Below, in pieces: positions 61,020 through 64,000 of a stretch of 64,000 nucleotides of DNA. Made by a program: the position numbers and the translations under genes. Origin of the DNA: Eledone cirrhosa (Eukaryota); assembly GCA_964016885.1 (NCBI GenBank), contig OZ024743.1, positions 199,516,001-199,580,000 of the forward strand, written 5' to 3'. The notes below the pieces were generated by a model that searched no databases, was not told the DNA's origin, and was given only the letters and a program-made list of their open reading frames with translations. Position 1 is the first letter of the stretch; each line of letters starts with the position of its first letter.

Positions 61020-61082
61020 GTGCATGCTACTGTACGTCTGTATACATATATGTATGTACGTATACATGCATACTTACATTTA
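60477..61082. mobile_element. Fold-back insertion (arms 60477-60684/60875-61082) with central hammerhead
   Basis: About 208-bp inverted repeat including an internal TA run. Confidence 0.85.
60784..60828 (+). ncRNA. Type I hammerhead ribozyme in the spacer of a long inverted repeat
   Basis: AACGGTG CTGATGA T AGCT-AACA-AGCT T GAAA CTA GTA CATCGTT; palindromic ACTAGT. Confidence 0.85.
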
Positions 61083-61158
61083 AGTAAGTGCCATACTAAG
61101 AGTGAGAAATGAAATTTCGTTTTCATTTTGTTTCAATTTATATATATGTATATATATG

Positions 61159-61223
<65 letters not shown>

Positions 61224-61224
61224 G

Positions 61225-61260
<36 letters not shown>

Positions 61261-61286
61261 TATATCTGTATATATATATATATCTG

Positions 61287-61321
<35 letters not shown>

Positions 61322-61392
61322 CTGTATATATATATATATCTGTATATATATATATATATATATATCTGTATATATATATATATGTATATATA

Positions 61393-61775
61393 TATAGCGA
61401 TTAGGTCTTCAAAATGTTTATTATAAACATACAGAATATTTTCGAATATTCTGTGTCTATATTCACATATATATCGCTATTTCAGAGCATTTATTCCAAT
61501 TTCTAATTTCTGCCGGACCGGCAACCGCTCTTTCAAACCAGTTCCTGTACACAGCTAAGTATTCTATAAGTCTCTAGCTGTGTCATTCTCGATGAAAGCA
61601 CTGGATATGTAGTCCTGATGAATTCTAACAAGAATGAAACGCGTAGACTTACTTCCCTTGCTTTTATCGAGAATCTAATTGTAATACGTGACGTATTCTA
61701 TTCTATAGCGATTAGGTCTTCAAAATGTTTATTATAAACATACAGAATATTTTCGAATATTCCGTGTCTATATTC

Positions 61776-61785
<10 letters not shown>
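61393..61785 (+). mobile_element. Retrozyme-like unit: about 82-bp direct repeats, 311-bp period, one hammerhead
   Basis: 61393-61474 equals 61704-61785 (one mismatch seen); TA arrays on both sides. Confidence 0.8.
61611..61649 (+). ncRNA. Type I hammerhead ribozyme between direct repeats
   Basis: AGTC CTGATGA ATTCT-AACA-AGAAT GAAA CGC GTA GACT; palindromic ACGCGT; distal 16-bp helix 61585-61600/61659-61674. Confidence 0.92.
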
Positions 61786-63236
<1,451 letters not shown>

Positions 63237-63605
63237 TAACCAAAGATTAGTATGGTTCGTTGATTACTCAACGAATACAGTTTTACAATAGATTAGAAGC
63301 AGTCAACAATAAAATTTTCCTGGAATTTTTTAATATTATTCGAAATGTTAACAAATGAAAAATATTCGCATATTCAAAATATATACTTTATTATATATAA
63401 TCCAAAGGTACTGTGTTGTTTTTTCAGTACGTCCTCATCAGACAAAATATATGATTTGATATATGACATACCGCTACGGTCTTGATTTATATTTTGTCTG
63501 ATGAGGACGTACTGAAAAACAACACAATAAGTTTGAAATATATATAATAAAGTATATATTTTGATTATGCGAATATTTTTCATTTGTTAACATTTCGAAT
63601 AATAT
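63237..63605. mobile_element. Fold-back hammerhead insertion (arms 63333-63451/63488-63605)
   Basis: About 118-bp inverted repeat with a few mismatches; TA flanks. Confidence 0.82.
63488..63556 (+). ncRNA. Type I hammerhead ribozyme (right arm of inverted repeat; decayed copy on - strand at about 63380-63451)
   Basis: TATATTTTGT CTGATGA GGAC...GTTT GAAA TATAT ATA ATAAAGTATA; the - copy keeps GTACTG/CAGTAC in stem II but has GGAT for GAAA. Confidence 0.75.
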
Positions 63606-63783
63606 ATATATCTATATATATATACATACGTGAGCCTACATATTACATATATGAGGAGCTTCCGATTACAGAGCAGGTTCGACCATTAATAGATAGTTCC
63701 TCCAGCTGATCGACAGTGAAACATATGTAATTAAATATGTATATGATGCAACACTTATTCTTTGTTCCCTTATATATTAATAC

Positions 63784-63842
<59 letters not shown>

Positions 63843-64000
63843 CACATATATGTATATATATTTCTGTATGTGCGCGGATGTGCGACTATAGGGTGATGTA
63901 ATATGCAACCGGTGAAAATAGATGATCTTTATTTAATCAGACTTTAAGTCTCGCCTTAGTGAAAAGATTATATGTTGAGCTAGTCTCATATTTTTGCTAC

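Noticed and set aside
63640-63735. GAAACATATGTA hammerhead-like 3' half
   Set aside because: No convincing CTGANGA with a matching stem I.

Overview
AT-rich, microsatellite-saturated animal genomic DNA. The SINE content and composition suggest an octopus or other coleoid cephalopod (inference). The only convincing host coding sequence is a + strand exon (19732-20290; ATG at 19736, MSSKRKNTPTKL...) resembling the N-terminal exon of an invertebrate SoxD (Sox5/6-like) gene; the rest is probably huge introns or flank. Almost all ORF-track entries are (TA)n/(CA)n artefacts. Repeats include more than 25 copies or fragments of a tRNA-derived Nin/Deu-domain SINE, a second tRNA SINE, a truncated RTE LINE, Tc1/mariner MITEs, a 41-bp minisatellite and kb-scale (TA)n arrays. 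The main hidden signal: short unique islands inside the (TA)n tracts are mini retro-insertions carrying type I hammerhead ribozymes. I read 13 motifs with canonical CUGANGA/GAAA/NUH cores from about 9 sequence families, plus several decayed ones, on both strands. Most have a self-complementary stem/loop III. Many sit in fold-back (inverted) insertions, and one in a 311-nt directly repeated, retrozyme-like unit. Many islands share a TTGAGTRCT-like 3' box. One family is physically linked to a Penelope-like GIY-YIG endonuclease remnant; its sister copy is fused to a restriction-like endonuclease fragment. All pairings were read by eye; nothing was folded or searched computationally.
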